This document shows, one piece after another, positions 11,069-20,556 of a DNA stretch of 64,000 nucleotides. The stretch is from an uncultured Alphaproteobacteria bacterium. GTDB taxonomy: Bacteria > Pseudomonadota > Alphaproteobacteria > Rhizobiales > Xanthobacteraceae. Each line of letters opens with the position of its first letter. Within the stretch, counting starts at the first letter, position 1. The stretch covers positions 90,452-154,451 of the forward strand of contig CAVPXZ010000001.1 of the NCBI GenBank assembly GCA_963709825.1, written 5' to 3'. The translations under genes and the position numbers were made by a program. Below the pieces are notes generated by a model. That model saw nothing but the letters and a program-made list of their open reading frames with translations, searched no databases and had not been told where the DNA came from.

Positions 11069-11734
11069 ATGTGGAAGCCCGTGGTCGTCGCGACGGCAGC
11101 GCTTGCCATTGCCTGCTCTTCGATCGTGTATGCACAGCAACGTTTCGGTGGATCGGGTGGTGATGGCGACGGCGGTCCGCGGTTCGAACAACGCCATCGG
11201 CCGAGCGTCGAGGATATGGCGGCGTTCACCGACGCGCGTATTGCCGCGCTCAAGGCCGGGCTCCAACTCACGCCCGACCAGGCCAAAAACTGGCCGGCGT
11301 TCGAGCAGGCGTTGCGCGACATGGCGCAATTGCACATCCAGCGGCGGCAGGCGCGTGACTCCGCCGCCAACCAGCAGAGCCAAGTCCCGGCGACGCCGTT
11401 CGATCGGCTGGCGCAACGCGCCGATAACATGGCCAAGACCAGCGCCGCGTATCAGCACATCGCCGATACCGGTACGCCGCTTTATCAGAGCCTCAACGAC
11501 GCCCAGAAGCACCGCTTCATGATTCTGGCGCGCATGTTGAAGCCGCATCACCCCATGCACGCGAGCAATGACCGGAACGGCGGCTGGCGCGAAGGCTATG
11601 GCTACGGCCGTGGCGGCGAGGGTGGCGATCATTGGCCGGGATACGAAGCGCCCCGCTTCGGCGAGCGCGGCCCCGCGCCGGGTGGCCGGATGCAGCACCT
11701 GATGGACCCTGAAAATCAGGGCGCGGAACTGTAA
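11069..11734 (+). CDS. Spy/CpxP-family periplasmic protein (LTxxQ motifs) with Gly/Arg-rich C-terminal tail
   Basis: RBS ggagga before ATG 11069. Signal peptide MWKPVVVATAALAIACSSIVYA. LTPDQ and LNDAQ motifs. Confidence 0.65.
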   Translation: MWKPVVVATAALAIACSSIVYAQQRFGGSGGDGDGGPRFEQRHRPSVEDMAAFTDARIAALKAGLQLTPDQAKNWPAFEQALRDMAQLHIQRRQARDSAANQQSQVPATPFDRLAQRADNMAKTSAAYQHIADTGTPLYQSLNDAQKHRFMILARMLKPHHPMHASNDRNGGWREGYGYGRGGEGGDHWPGYEAPRFGERGPAPGGRMQHLMDPENQGAEL

Positions 11735-11793
11735 CTCACCGCGATTGCATGGGCGTCCGCTGACTTTCCCCTCCCGCAGCGGCGCCAAAAGCG

Positions 11794-11831
11794 GAAGCCG
11801 CAGGGCAAGCACCTTGCGGCTTTCGCTTTTG
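11794..11831. terminator. hairpin between convergent genes (putative bidirectional rho-independent terminator)
   Basis: gaagccgcaggg / ccttgcggcttt stem with one mismatch, followed by gcttttg. Lies between the Spy-like stop and the PDO-rhodanese stop. Confidence 0.5.
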
Positions 11832-11842
11832 CGTGAGCGAGG

Positions 11843-12880
11843 CTAGCGCGCCAGCGGACCGTTGGCGCGCTTCCAGGCGTTGATGCCGCCCTCGATGTGA
11901 CACGCGGATTTAAGCCCGGCGTCCTGCGCCGCCTGCGCCGCCATCGCCGAGCGCTCGCCGAACGCGCAGTAGAAGACAATGCGCTTGCCCGTCGCCGCCG
12001 CCAGTTCGTGCAGCAAGCCGCCGACGTTGACGGTGTCGTGCAAGTCCGCATAGGGCACGTGCAGCGAGCCGGCGATGACGCCGTGTTTGTCGCGTTCGCT
12101 GTGCTCGCGCAGATCGACCATTGCCAGGTCGGCGCGGCCGCACAAGACGATCGCCTCGGCCGCCGACAACGCCCAGCCGTTGCGGGCGATATCTTCCTGG
12201 CGGAGCCCGACGCGCATATTGGCCGGCACCGCGACGTCCATCATCTTCGGATTCGGCAGTTTCAGGTTGTTCATCAGATCGACGTATTCGTCGATCGATT
12301 TGACCTTGAGCCGCGGATTGAAGAATTTCTCCTCGCCGATGGTCGATACGGTCTCGCCCTTATAGTCGTGCGCTGGATAGACCAGCGTTTCGTCCGGCAA
12401 TTTCATCAGCTTGTTGAAAATGGAATCGTATTGCGCGCGCGGGTCGCCGTTCTGGAAATCGGTGCGGCCGGTGCCGCGGATCAAGAGCGTATCCCCGGTG
12501 AATACGCGGTCATTCAGCACGAACGAATAGGAGTCGTCGGTGTGACCGGGCGTGTACAGCACGTTTAGCCGCACGCCCTCGATTTCGACGCGGTCACCTT
12601 CCGCCACGCGCATCGAGACGACGTCGGCGTGGGTCTGTTCGCCCATCACCGTGATGCACTGGGTGCGGTCGCGCAGCGCGCCGAGACCGGTGACGTGGTC
12701 GGCGTGCAGATGGGTGTCCACGGCCTTGACCAGTTTGAGGTCGAGCTCGCGCACGAGCTGCAGGTAGCGGTCGATGCGCTCCAGAACCGGATCGATGATC
12801 AGCGCCTCGCCGCCGCGGCGGCTGGCGAGCAGATAAGTGTAGGTGCCCGACGCAGAGTCGAAGAGCTGGCGGAAGATCAC
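11843..12880 (-). CDS. persulfide dioxygenase (MBL fold, ETHE1-like) fused to a rhodanese domain
   Basis: MBL metal motif DTHLHADHVTG in the N-terminal ~230 aa. C-terminal rhodanese domain with active-site loop FYCAFGERS. Confidence 0.8.
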   Translation of the reverse strand: MIFRQLFDSASGTYTYLLASRRGGEALIIDPVLERIDRYLQLVRELDLKLVKAVDTHLHADHVTGLGALRDRTQCITVMGEQTHADVVSMRVAEGDRVEIEGVRLNVLYTPGHTDDSYSFVLNDRVFTGDTLLIRGTGRTDFQNGDPRAQYDSIFNKLMKLPDETLVYPAHDYKGETVSTIGEEKFFNPRLKVKSIDEYVDLMNNLKLPNPKMMDVAVPANMRVGLRQEDIARNGWALSAAEAIVLCGRADLAMVDLREHSERDKHGVIAGSLHVPYADLHDTVNVGGLLHELAAATGKRIVFYCAFGERSAMAAQAAQDAGLKSACHIEGGINAWKRANGPLAR

Positions 12881-13085
12881 GCGCGCCTCGTCCTTTCGTG
12901 TGGATGGAACAGTGCAGTTCCACGATTCCGCTTAAGTGTAACGTGAATTGGGCGGTGGCGAAATCGCCCGTGCGGGTCGCGTCGATGCCGGCGGCCTGCC
13001 AGTTCCCTATCGTATTCGTTCGAGGGTTCATGCGGTACGCGCTCGCGATGCCGCTTTAACCGCGCTCCGCGGCGTCGTGATCCAG

Positions 13086-13508
13086 TCAGGGCGCACCGAA
13101 TATCATGCGATGGCCTTTGGCCGTATCCATATATTCGCGAACGCGGCGTATGAGGCTATTTTCAACCTCGAACACGAAGCAATAGTCATTGTCGTAGGCG
13201 TTCCCGTTCGACAGGGTTGCACGCATGCGGTTTTCGACAACTACGACATTGCCGTCGGCATAGATGCCCCGGAGTTCGACCTTGACGTTGGCCGTGAAGA
13301 GCTTCCAGATTTCGGTCCCGATAAGCTTGGCGATCTCGTCCCTGCCCACCATGTGAGACGGACCCTTCAACGCGACCGCGGTGGCGTTGTTTGCCGGCGC
13401 AAGCCATTCGGCATCTTCGGTAAACACCGCCGCAATCCGCTCCGGATCGCGGGTCTTGAATGCCTCCAGCGCGGCGATGACCGCAGCCTTGCTGTCTTCA
13501 GAGTTCAT
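13086..13508 (-). CDS. SnoaL/NTF2-like (ketosteroid-isomerase fold) protein
   Basis: Only the last 140 aa of the 398-aa ORF look coding ([35 protein letters not shown]...). ATG 13508 overlaps the ogt stop (ATGA). Confidence 0.7.
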   Translation of the reverse strand: MNSEDSKAAVIAALEAFKTRDPERIAAVFTEDAEWLAPANNATAVALKGPSHMVGRDEIAKLIGTEIWKLFTANVKVELRGIYADGNVVVVENRMRATLSNGNAYDNDYCFVFEVENSLIRRVREYMDTAKGHRMIFGAP

Positions 13509-14020
13509 CGCGCGAGTTCCTCCTGAGGTTCGTCGAAGAGTGGCCGGTCGCCGCGCTCGTGTACGAGCAGCCATCGTTTGCGATACAGCCCGCCGCCATA
13601 ACCGGTCAATGACGCGTCGGCCCCGATCACCCGATGGCAGCGAACAACAATGGCGATGGGATTGGCGCCGTTGGCGAGACCTACCGCGCGCACGGCCTCC
13701 GGACGGCCGATCTGTGCTGCCACTGTGCCGTAGCTGACGGTGCGGCCGGCCGGAATGCGCCGAAGCGCCGACCAGACCGTGCGTTGAAACTCTGTGCCGT
13801 TCGTCGCGGTCGGAAGCTCGGCGATAGCGTCCAGATTGCCGTCGAAATAAGCCAGCAGCGCCCGCGCGGCTTCGGATGGTGGCGAAACTTCGCGCAACTG
13901 AAAGCCGCTTGCACCATAATGCCGGCGCAACAGCTCCTGCATGCGCGGTTCGTGATCGTCCCAATCCGCGGATACCGCTGTCGAAGAATGTGATGTTCTT
14001 TCCGACCGCGGCGGCGGCAC
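13505..14020 (-). CDS. ogt: methylated-DNA--protein-cysteine methyltransferase (Ogt-type), N-terminal ~25-30 aa apparently replaced
   Basis: ...[19 protein letters not shown]...[26 protein letters not shown]...[14 protein letters not shown]...[10 protein letters not shown] resembles E. coli Ogt from about residue 26 onward (comparison from memory). Residues upstream of ...AVSADW do not. GTG start at 14020 is putative. Confidence 0.7.
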   Translation of the reverse strand: MPPPRSERTSHSSTAVSADWDDHEPRMQELLRRHYGASGFQLREVSPPSEAARALLAYFDGNLDAIAELPTATNGTEFQRTVWSALRRIPAGRTVSYGTVAAQIGRPEAVRAVGLANGANPIAIVVRCHRVIGADASLTGYGGGLYRKRWLLVHERGDRPLFDEPQEELAR

Positions 14021-15297
14021 AGGAAGCCGGCTTCCGCCCCTGTCTGCGTTGCCGTCCGGAAACGGCGCCCGATCTGGGAGCGTGGCGCGGCACTTCGAAT
14101 ACGGTCTCGCGCGCGCTCAGCCTGATCGAGCTTGGCGCATTGGACGAGGCCGATGTCGATGCTTTGGCGAACCGCCTTGGTGTCGGCGAACGCCAACTCC
14201 GACGGCTGTTCCGCCAGCATCTCGGAGCGTCGCCGGTCGCGGTTGCGCAGACCCGCCGCGTTCTCCACGCCACGCAGCTCATTCATGAGACGCGTTTGCC
14301 GATGACCGAGGTCGCGTTTGCTTCGGGATTCGGCAGCGTTCGCCGATTCAATGAAACCTTCCTGGCATTGTTCGGCCGCCCGCCCGGTGAATTGCGGCGC
14401 GCCAGCGGGCCTGATTGTCCCGCCGGGCCGCAAGGGGAGATCGTTCTGCTGCTGCGGTACCATCCACCCTACGACTGGCCGGCGATGATTGAATTTCTGC
14501 GCCGCCGCGCCATCGCCGGCGTCGAGCTTGTCACTCCCGGCCGCTACGCACGATCAATTCAGCTCGACGGCTTGCAAGGGACCGTCGTTGTAGAGCCCGG
14601 CGACGGCAACGCGCTGCGGGCGACAGTGCGGTTTCTCAAGCTTGCGGCCCTGCCGACCATCACTGCGCGGCTGCGCAGTGTGTTTGATCTGGCGGCGGAT
14701 CCCCTCGCCATCGCCGCCCATCTGGCGCGGGATCGGGTCCTCGCTCCTCTGGTCAAGGCCCGTCCCGGGTTGCGCGTCCCGGGAGCGTGGGATGGCTTCG
14801 AATTGGCGATCCGCGCGGTTCTGGGCCAGCAAATTACCGTGACCGCTGCCGTTCGTCTGGCCGGCCGCTTGGTCGCTGCGCATGGGGAACGCATCGCGAT
14901 TACCGATCGAGATTTGACACATGTATTTCCGACGCCTCAGTCGCTGGCGTCCGCGGACCTGACAGGGCTCGGCATGCCGCGCAGCCGTGCGGACGCACTT
15001 TCGGCGGTAGCCGCGGCGGCAGTGGCCGACCCGCATCTCTTCGACGCGAATTGCGGACTCGATGATGCGATCAAGCGGCTGCGATCCATTCGCGGCGTCG
15101 GAGAATGGACCGCGCAATACATCGCATTGCGTCAGCTGCGCGAGCCTGACGCCTTTCCCGCCGCCGACGTTGGTCTCAAGCGCGCCATCGCCGGTCGGGA
15201 GGGACATGGACATTCCTCGTCCGAACTGCTTGACCGAGCCGATGCGTGGCGGCCTTGGCGCGCTTACGCCGCGCAACATCTCTGGGCCGCGGCCTGA
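13993..15297 (+). CDS. Ada-like AraC-family regulator fused to AlkA-type DNA-3-methyladenine glycosylase II, with truncated N-terminal Zn/methyl-acceptor domain
   Basis: [22 protein letters not shown] is the distal half of the Ada Zn domain. AraC HTH region ([13 protein letters not shown]..., SVRRFNETF). AlkA N-domain and HhH-GPD ([15 protein letters not shown]). Start is uncertain (ATG 13993 or 13876). Confidence 0.75.
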   Translation: MFFPTAAAAQEAGFRPCLRCRPETAPDLGAWRGTSNTVSRALSLIELGALDEADVDALANRLGVGERQLRRLFRQHLGASPVAVAQTRRVLHATQLIHETRLPMTEVAFASGFGSVRRFNETFLALFGRPPGELRRASGPDCPAGPQGEIVLLLRYHPPYDWPAMIEFLRRRAIAGVELVTPGRYARSIQLDGLQGTVVVEPGDGNALRATVRFLKLAALPTITARLRSVFDLAADPLAIAAHLARDRVLAPLVKARPGLRVPGAWDGFELAIRAVLGQQITVTAAVRLAGRLVAAHGERIAITDRDLTHVFPTPQSLASADLTGLGMPRSRADALSAVAAAAVADPHLFDANCGLDDAIKRLRSIRGVGEWTAQYIALRQLREPDAFPAADVGLKRAIAGREGHGHSSSELLDRADAWRPWRAYAAQHLWAAA

Positions 15298-15318
15298 GCG
15301 GTACGCCGGGCTCGTGCG

Positions 15319-16200
15319 CTAGCCGCGTTCCACCGGCAAGTCCGGACGCGAGCCCCACTCCGACCATGAACCGTCGTAGAGGCCCTTTGGCTCCTTGCCG
15401 ATCGATTCGAGCGCAAAAGTCAGAATCGCGGCGGTAACGCCGGAGCCGCATGAAGTAATGATCGGCTTATCCAAATCGACGCCGGCATCCTTGAATGCCG
15501 CCTCGATACGCTCGCGGGACGCTAGGTGGCCGTTCTCGATCAACCGGCCAAAGGGCAAATTAAATGAGCGCGGCATATGACCCGAGCGCAAGCCGGGACG
15601 CGGTTCAGGCGCCGTGCCGGCGAACCGTTCGGCGGAGCGGGCGTCAACGATCTGAGCGCTGTCGTCGGTCAGCGCCATGCGTACGTCGGCGAGCATCGCA
15701 ACGGCCCCGACATTCATTTCGGCGGTGAATGTTTTCGGCGGCCGTTCGGTATCGTCTTCCTCCAGCGGACGGCCTTCGACTTTCCATTTCGGCAGGCCGC
15801 CGTCGAGAATGTAAACTTTCTTCGCGCCAAAAATCCGAAAGGTCCACCACACCCGCGCCGCCGAGTAGAGACCGACACTGTCGTAAACGACGACGGTGTC
15901 GCCATCGCCGATGCCGAGCGCGCCGACCGCTTTGCCGAAATGCGTCGGGCCGGGCAGCATGTGCGGCAGCTCGGTGGAATCGTCGCAGACCTTTTCGATG
16001 TCGAAGAATACGGCGCCGGGAATATGGCCGCCGCGATATTCCGCATGCGCATCGCGTTGCTGGGTCGGCAGAAAATAAGAGCCGTCGACGGCGATCACAT
16101 TGCGGTCGCGCAGATGATCGGCGAGCCAATCGGTTGAAACCAGCCAGCGGCTCGTCGGGGAGGGAGCAAAGGTATCGTCAGGTCGGAGCATGGCGATCAT
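15319..16200 (-). CDS. sseA: 3-mercaptopyruvate sulfurtransferase (tandem rhodanese domains)
   Basis: Two rhodanese domains. Active-site loop SCGSGVTA is typical of MST. Confidence 0.85.
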   Translation of the reverse strand: MIAMLRPDDTFAPSPTSRWLVSTDWLADHLRDRNVIAVDGSYFLPTQQRDAHAEYRGGHIPGAVFFDIEKVCDDSTELPHMLPGPTHFGKAVGALGIGDGDTVVVYDSVGLYSAARVWWTFRIFGAKKVYILDGGLPKWKVEGRPLEEDDTERPPKTFTAEMNVGAVAMLADVRMALTDDSAQIVDARSAERFAGTAPEPRPGLRSGHMPRSFNLPFGRLIENGHLASRERIEAAFKDAGVDLDKPIITSCGSGVTAAILTFALESIGKEPKGLYDGSWSEWGSRPDLPVERG

Positions 16201-16230
16201 TTAGCGACAACGCCAGCGCGGGCGCAATGT

Positions 16231-17262
16231 TCACAGGTAAGGAACTTTGATTTGCGAGCGGCGTTCGAGCCAGGCCGGAACCGGCAGCTTCTTCTCGCGC
16301 AGAAACTGCGGATTGAACAGCTTCGATTGGTATCGGGTGCCGTAATCCGCAAGGATGGTGACAATGATGCGTCCCGGTCCCAGCTCTTTCGCCAGGCGAA
16401 CGGCGCCGGCGATGTTGATGGCGGAAGAGCCGCCGAGGCAGAGGCCTTCGTGCTCGAGCAAATCGAAGATGAGCGGCACCGCCTCCTGATCGGGAATCTG
16501 GTAGGCGGTGTCGATCGGCGCGCCTTCGAGGTTTTTGGTGATGCGGCCCTGCCCGATGCCCTCGGTGATCGAGGAGCCTTCCGATTTCAGGACGCCGGTC
16601 GTGTAGTAGCTGTACAGCGCGGCGCCCATCGGATCGGCGAGCGCGATGCGCACGCCGCTGCTAAAAGATTTCAGCGCCATGGCGACGCCGGCGAGCGTGC
16701 CGCCGGTCCCGACGGAGCAGACGAACCCATCGACCTTGCCGTCGGTCTGCCGCCAGATTTCCGGACCGGTGGTTTCGACGTGCCCCTGGCGATTGGCGAC
16801 ATTGTCGAACTGGTTCGCCCAGATGGCTCCGTTGTTTTCGCTCTTCGCCAATTGCTCGGCCAGCCGGCCCGAGAGCTTCACGTAATTGTTGGGATTGGAA
16901 TAGGGGACGGCCGGCACCTCGACCAATTCCGCGCCGCAGAGCCGCAACGTGTCCTTTTTCTCCTGGCTCTGGGTCTCCGGGATGACGATTACGGAACGAA
17001 AGCCGAGCGCGTTGCCGACCAAAGCGAGCCCGATGCCGGTGTTGCCGGCGGTGCCCTCGACGATCACGCCGCCGGGCTTGAGCGCACCCTTTTTCACCGC
17101 GTCCTCAATGATGAACAAGGCGGCGCGATCCTTGACCGACTGGCCGGGATTCATGAACTCGGCTTTGCCGAGTATCGTGCAGCCGGTCGCCGCGGACACC
17201 CGCTCGAGCTTGATCAAGGGCGTATTGCCGATCGCCTCGATAATTCCATTGCTGAAGTGCAT
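16231..17262 (-). CDS. PLP-dependent cysteine synthase family protein (CysK/CBS-like)
   Basis: N-terminus IGNTPLIKL...NPGQSVKDRAA (PLP lysine). GTGGT loop SVGTGGTLAG. Confidence 0.85.
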   Translation of the reverse strand: MHFSNGIIEAIGNTPLIKLERVSAATGCTILGKAEFMNPGQSVKDRAALFIIEDAVKKGALKPGGVIVEGTAGNTGIGLALVGNALGFRSVIVIPETQSQEKKDTLRLCGAELVEVPAVPYSNPNNYVKLSGRLAEQLAKSENNGAIWANQFDNVANRQGHVETTGPEIWRQTDGKVDGFVCSVGTGGTLAGVAMALKSFSSGVRIALADPMGAALYSYYTTGVLKSEGSSITEGIGQGRITKNLEGAPIDTAYQIPDQEAVPLIFDLLEHEGLCLGGSSAINIAGAVRLAKELGPGRIIVTILADYGTRYQSKLFNPQFLREKKLPVPAWLERRSQIKVPYL

Positions 17263-17486
17263 CGCAACAAAATCCTAAAGGGCGCCGAGCCTAAATGACT
17301 AAACGCTTGGAAAGCAAGAGTAGATCAATTGCGGGCGACATAGGAAAGATTACTGAAACCATACTTCGCATGATCGGCGCCGACATAAGTCTATTCACCG
17401 ATTATTTGCGGCCGCGGCGCTAGTGGAACCCATGGCGGGGGTTCCAGCGGTCGCTTGCCCGTAGCCGGTCAAACTGGTTGAGCGCG

Positions 17487-18743
17487 ATGAATCTCGACGT
17501 CAACACACTTTTCCTCGTCACCATCTACGTCGAAGCCATCCTCGGATTGCTGCTGCTGTTCGCCTGGGTGCAGAATACCGCAATTACCGCGGTGGCGTGG
17601 TGGGGCTTTGCGCACCTTTTGCGGGCGGCGTCGGTGATGCTGTTCGGCCTCTATGGCACGGTGTCCGATCTGATCTCGATCGACCTCGCCAACGCCATTC
17701 TGTTCACGGCGTTCGCTTTTACCTGGACCGGTGCGCGTGTATTCGACCACCGCAAGCCGCAGCCGATGCTGCTGTTCGCCGGCGCCGCCGTTTGGCTCGT
17801 TGTGTGCCGCATACCGGGCTTTGCCAATTCCTTCGATACCCGTGTGCTGCTGAGCTCCGGCATCATCACCGCCTATACCTGGGCCGCGGCATACGAGTTC
17901 TGGCGCGGGCGCAGCGAACCCCTGGTTTCGCGCTGGCCAGCGATTTTCATGTTGTTCGCGCACGGGTCGCTCTACTTGCTGCGCACGCCGTTCGCCGCCA
18001 TGCTGCCGTGGCTGCCGACCAACGACCAGATGTTCGAGAGCGTCTGGCTCACCGTGCTCAGCTTCGAAGCGCTGCTGTTCACCATCGCGATCGCCTTCAT
18101 CCTGCTGGCGATGGCGAAGGAGCGCACCGAGCAGCGCCACAAGACCGCAGCCCTGGTCGATCCGCTCACCGGCATCGCCAACCGCCGCGCGTTCCTGCAG
18201 GACGGTGAAGCCCAGCTCAAGCGCCAGTCGACCGATCCGCGTCCGACCGCCGTGATGTTGCTCGACCTGGACAACTTCAAATCGATCAACGATCGCTTCG
18301 GGCATGCGATCGGCGATCGGGTGTTGGAGATTTTTGCCGACGCGGCGAGCCGCTGTATCCGGCACTTCGATATCTTCGGCCGTCTCGGCGGCGAAGAGTT
18401 CGCGGCATTGCTGCGCGACACCACGCGCGAGCGGGCGTTGGCCGTCGCCGAGCAGATCCGGGCGTGCTTCGCCGAAGCGGCCCGTGAAGTCGAGGGCCAG
18501 CCGGTCGTCGCCACAGTCAGCATCGGCATCGTGATCAGCCAGGACTCCGTACTCGATCTCTCGGCGCTGCTGGCTCAGGCCGATCATGCGCTCTATCGGG
18601 CCAAGGACGGCGGCCGCAACCGCGTGGAGATAGCCTCGATCGAGCTTCTTCTCGATCGCGCCCGGCGCGGCGCCGCCGACCTGATCGCCGCGGTCGGCGG
18701 CAAATCTGCCGCAACCAAGCCACCGGCTAAATCCGCGGCCTGA
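17487..18743 (+). CDS. membrane-anchored diguanylate cyclase (GGDEF domain)
   Basis: About 6 N-terminal TM helices. DPLTGIANRRAF...RLGGEEFA active site. Confidence 0.85.
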   Translation: MNLDVNTLFLVTIYVEAILGLLLLFAWVQNTAITAVAWWGFAHLLRAASVMLFGLYGTVSDLISIDLANAILFTAFAFTWTGARVFDHRKPQPMLLFAGAAVWLVVCRIPGFANSFDTRVLLSSGIITAYTWAAAYEFWRGRSEPLVSRWPAIFMLFAHGSLYLLRTPFAAMLPWLPTNDQMFESVWLTVLSFEALLFTIAIAFILLAMAKERTEQRHKTAALVDPLTGIANRRAFLQDGEAQLKRQSTDPRPTAVMLLDLDNFKSINDRFGHAIGDRVLEIFADAASRCIRHFDIFGRLGGEEFAALLRDTTRERALAVAEQIRACFAEAAREVEGQPVVATVSIGIVISQDSVLDLSALLAQADHALYRAKDGGRNRVEIASIELLLDRARRGAADLIAAVGGKSAATKPPAKSAA

Positions 18744-18766
18744 ACGCGGCGCGCGGCGAGCCGATT

Positions 18767-19234
18767 TTACTTTTCTTCCGCGGGCGTCGGCGTCTCCGGA
18801 CCTTCGCCGACGATCAAAAGAATGGCCTCCTCGTCCTTGGCGCCGTCGAAGTGCACCTGCTTGCCGAAATGGGTCACGAAAGTGCCCGCCGGCATTGGCA
18901 CCGTGTTGTCGGGATCGAACTTGGTGCCGCTGCCGACCCACCATGTGCCCTTGAGCACGGTGATGAAGCGGTCGTGGGGATGGAAATGCGGATGGCTGAA
19001 ATGATTGCCGGGGAGCCATTTGATCATGACGGCGTAGAACCCCGGCTTGGACGGATCGCCGACCATGACCGCTTTCATGGCGCCGGCAAAGCCGGGCAGG
19101 GGCTGCCATTTGATCTGGTCGGGTAACGTGTAGGTCACCGCCGCCGGATTGAGTTCGGCCGCGCGCGCCAGGCCGAACGTCAGCACCAGCGCGGCAGCCG
19201 CGTGGGCGGCGAAACGGATCAATTTCAATGACAT
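18767..19234 (-). CDS. secreted cupin-domain protein
   Basis: Signal peptide MSLKLIRFAAHAAAALVLTFGLARA. Cupin His cluster HFSHPHFHPHDRFITVLKG. Confidence 0.7.
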   Translation of the reverse strand: MSLKLIRFAAHAAAALVLTFGLARAAELNPAAVTYTLPDQIKWQPLPGFAGAMKAVMVGDPSKPGFYAVMIKWLPGNHFSHPHFHPHDRFITVLKGTWWVGSGTKFDPDNTVPMPAGTFVTHFGKQVHFDGAKDEEAILLIVGEGPETPTPAEEK

Positions 19235-19362
19235 GCTCCTTCTCCCTCGGGTTCGCCCGTATTGCTACGTAGGTGGTATTGGTAGCGCTTTTAACAGAAC
19301 AGTGATGCGGCTGCCGCTCCTATCGCTCGCGCTTTATCGCGGCGGAGTCGCGGCAGGCAGCC

Positions 19363-20031
19363 ATGATCCATCTTCACGTTCTGCTCGTCGATGACGAAAC
19401 CGATATGCGGCAAACCGTCGAGGCGGCGCTGACGCTCGATCCGTTCTTCATCGTGCGCGACTGCGCCTGCGGCGCGGAGGCTTTGACGGCCGCGGTCGCC
19501 TGGCGGCCCGATCTCATTCTGCTCGACGTCATCATGCCCAACATGGACGGTCCGATGGTGGTGACGCGATTGCGCGCCGACAAGCGGACGGTGCCGATCC
19601 CGGTTGTATTCTTGACCGCGCGCCGGGAACTGCGCGAGCGCCGGCGATTTACCGCGCTTGGTGCCGCCGGCGTGATCGTAAAACCATTCGATCCGATGGC
19701 GCTTGCCGCCGAAGTGCGCCGTTTCGTTCCGCTCGAAAGCGGTCTTTGGCCGGCGCGGGAAGGTTTTTTGCGGCGGCTCGAGGCCGATGCATTCGCGCTT
19801 TTCGACTGCCGGAACGGACTGACGCAGGCTCGGCCGGCGCCCGCACTGATGCGGATCGGCGAAATCGCGCAGTCGCTCGCCGGCGCCAGCGGCATCTACG
19901 GCTTTGCCGGCATTAGCTGCGCGTCTACGGCACTCTCCGACGCGGCTGCGGGCAATCTTGCCGGCCGCGCCAAGCCGATCGAGGTCGAGCGGGCCCTTGA
20001 CCGGCTGCTTGAGCGCATCGCGTCAAACTAA
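19363..20031 (+). CDS. response regulator: receiver domain with C-terminal helical (possibly HPt-like) domain
   Basis: VLLVDDE, DLILLDVIMPNMDG, FLTAR and VIVKPF receiver motifs. The C-terminal ~100 aa has no output-domain signature that I can assign. Confidence 0.7.
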   Translation: MIHLHVLLVDDETDMRQTVEAALTLDPFFIVRDCACGAEALTAAVAWRPDLILLDVIMPNMDGPMVVTRLRADKRTVPIPVVFLTARRELRERRRFTALGAAGVIVKPFDPMALAAEVRRFVPLESGLWPAREGFLRRLEADAFALFDCRNGLTQARPAPALMRIGEIAQSLAGASGIYGFAGISCASTALSDAAAGNLAGRAKPIEVERALDRLLERIASN

Positions 20032-20123
20032 ATTAGGGCGCGTAGTCGCTAAATCGGTTCTGTAAGCGCGGCTCGCTGAATGTCCGCGGAAAGCGACCGA
20101 ATTGCTGCGCTGCCGCGAATTAA

Positions 20124-20185
20124 GCCAGCGAAGGGCCAGCGAAGGGCCAGCGAAGGGCCAGCGAAGGGCCAGCGAAGGGCCAGCA
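20124..20185. repeat. 11-bp tandem repeat (gccagcgaagg) x5 plus a partial sixth unit
   Basis: Read directly: five perfect units at 20124-20178, then gccagca. Intergenic. Confidence 0.95.
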
Positions 20186-20287
20186 AGAGACTTCACGCCT
20201 TCTTCTGCGCGCGCCGTAAAATGCCGTTGAGAGCAATTCTGGGTTGCTGATCATTCCCGTCTTTTTTGTCGGTCACAAACCATCCGA

Positions 20288-20494
20288 TCATTCAAGCCCT
20301 TTCACAAAGTCGTCCCAGTCGTGCCACGGCCTGTCCGGAAGTCCCAAGCCGGCGTCCAACAGCTTTTGCGCGATGCGTGCGACCTTGACCCTATCGCCGA
20401 TCTCATCCTCCTTCAGGAGATGATCCTCGATCATCTTACGCAGATGCTCCTCTGTGAGGAGAACTGTCACCGCGCGTCTGTCTGACAATCCCAT
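20288..20494 (-). CDS. small hypothetical protein (68 aa)
   Basis: ATG 20494 is preceded by ggagacggtt. No recognisable domain. Co-oriented with the AhpD-like, thiolase and OsmC genes. Confidence 0.4.
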   Translation of the reverse strand: MGLSDRRAVTVLLTEEHLRKMIEDHLLKEDEIGDRVKVARIAQKLLDAGLGLPDRPWHDWDDFVKGLE

Positions 20495-20556
20495 AACCGT
20501 CTCCGCGTTCAGACCCGGGGTCCGTGTGCCGCGTTTCTGGCTCGCCACCTAATGTG

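Noticed and set aside
13086-14282. 398-aa ORF spanning the SnoaL, ogt and ada regions
   Set aside because: Only the last 140 codons (from ATG 13508) look like a real protein. The remainder is antisense or out of frame to ogt and ada/alkA.
17263-17486. Riboswitch (for example SAM-II) in the leader of the CysK-like gene
   Set aside because: There is only a single 8-bp hairpin (tggaaccc/gggttcca), and I could not recognise any consensus pseudoknot elements. A covariance-model search (Rfam/Infernal) would be needed.
20124-20185. Possible CRISPR array
   Set aside because: The 11-bp units are directly abutting with no spacers, so this is a microsatellite. No CRISPR-like repeat-spacer structure was seen anywhere in the window.
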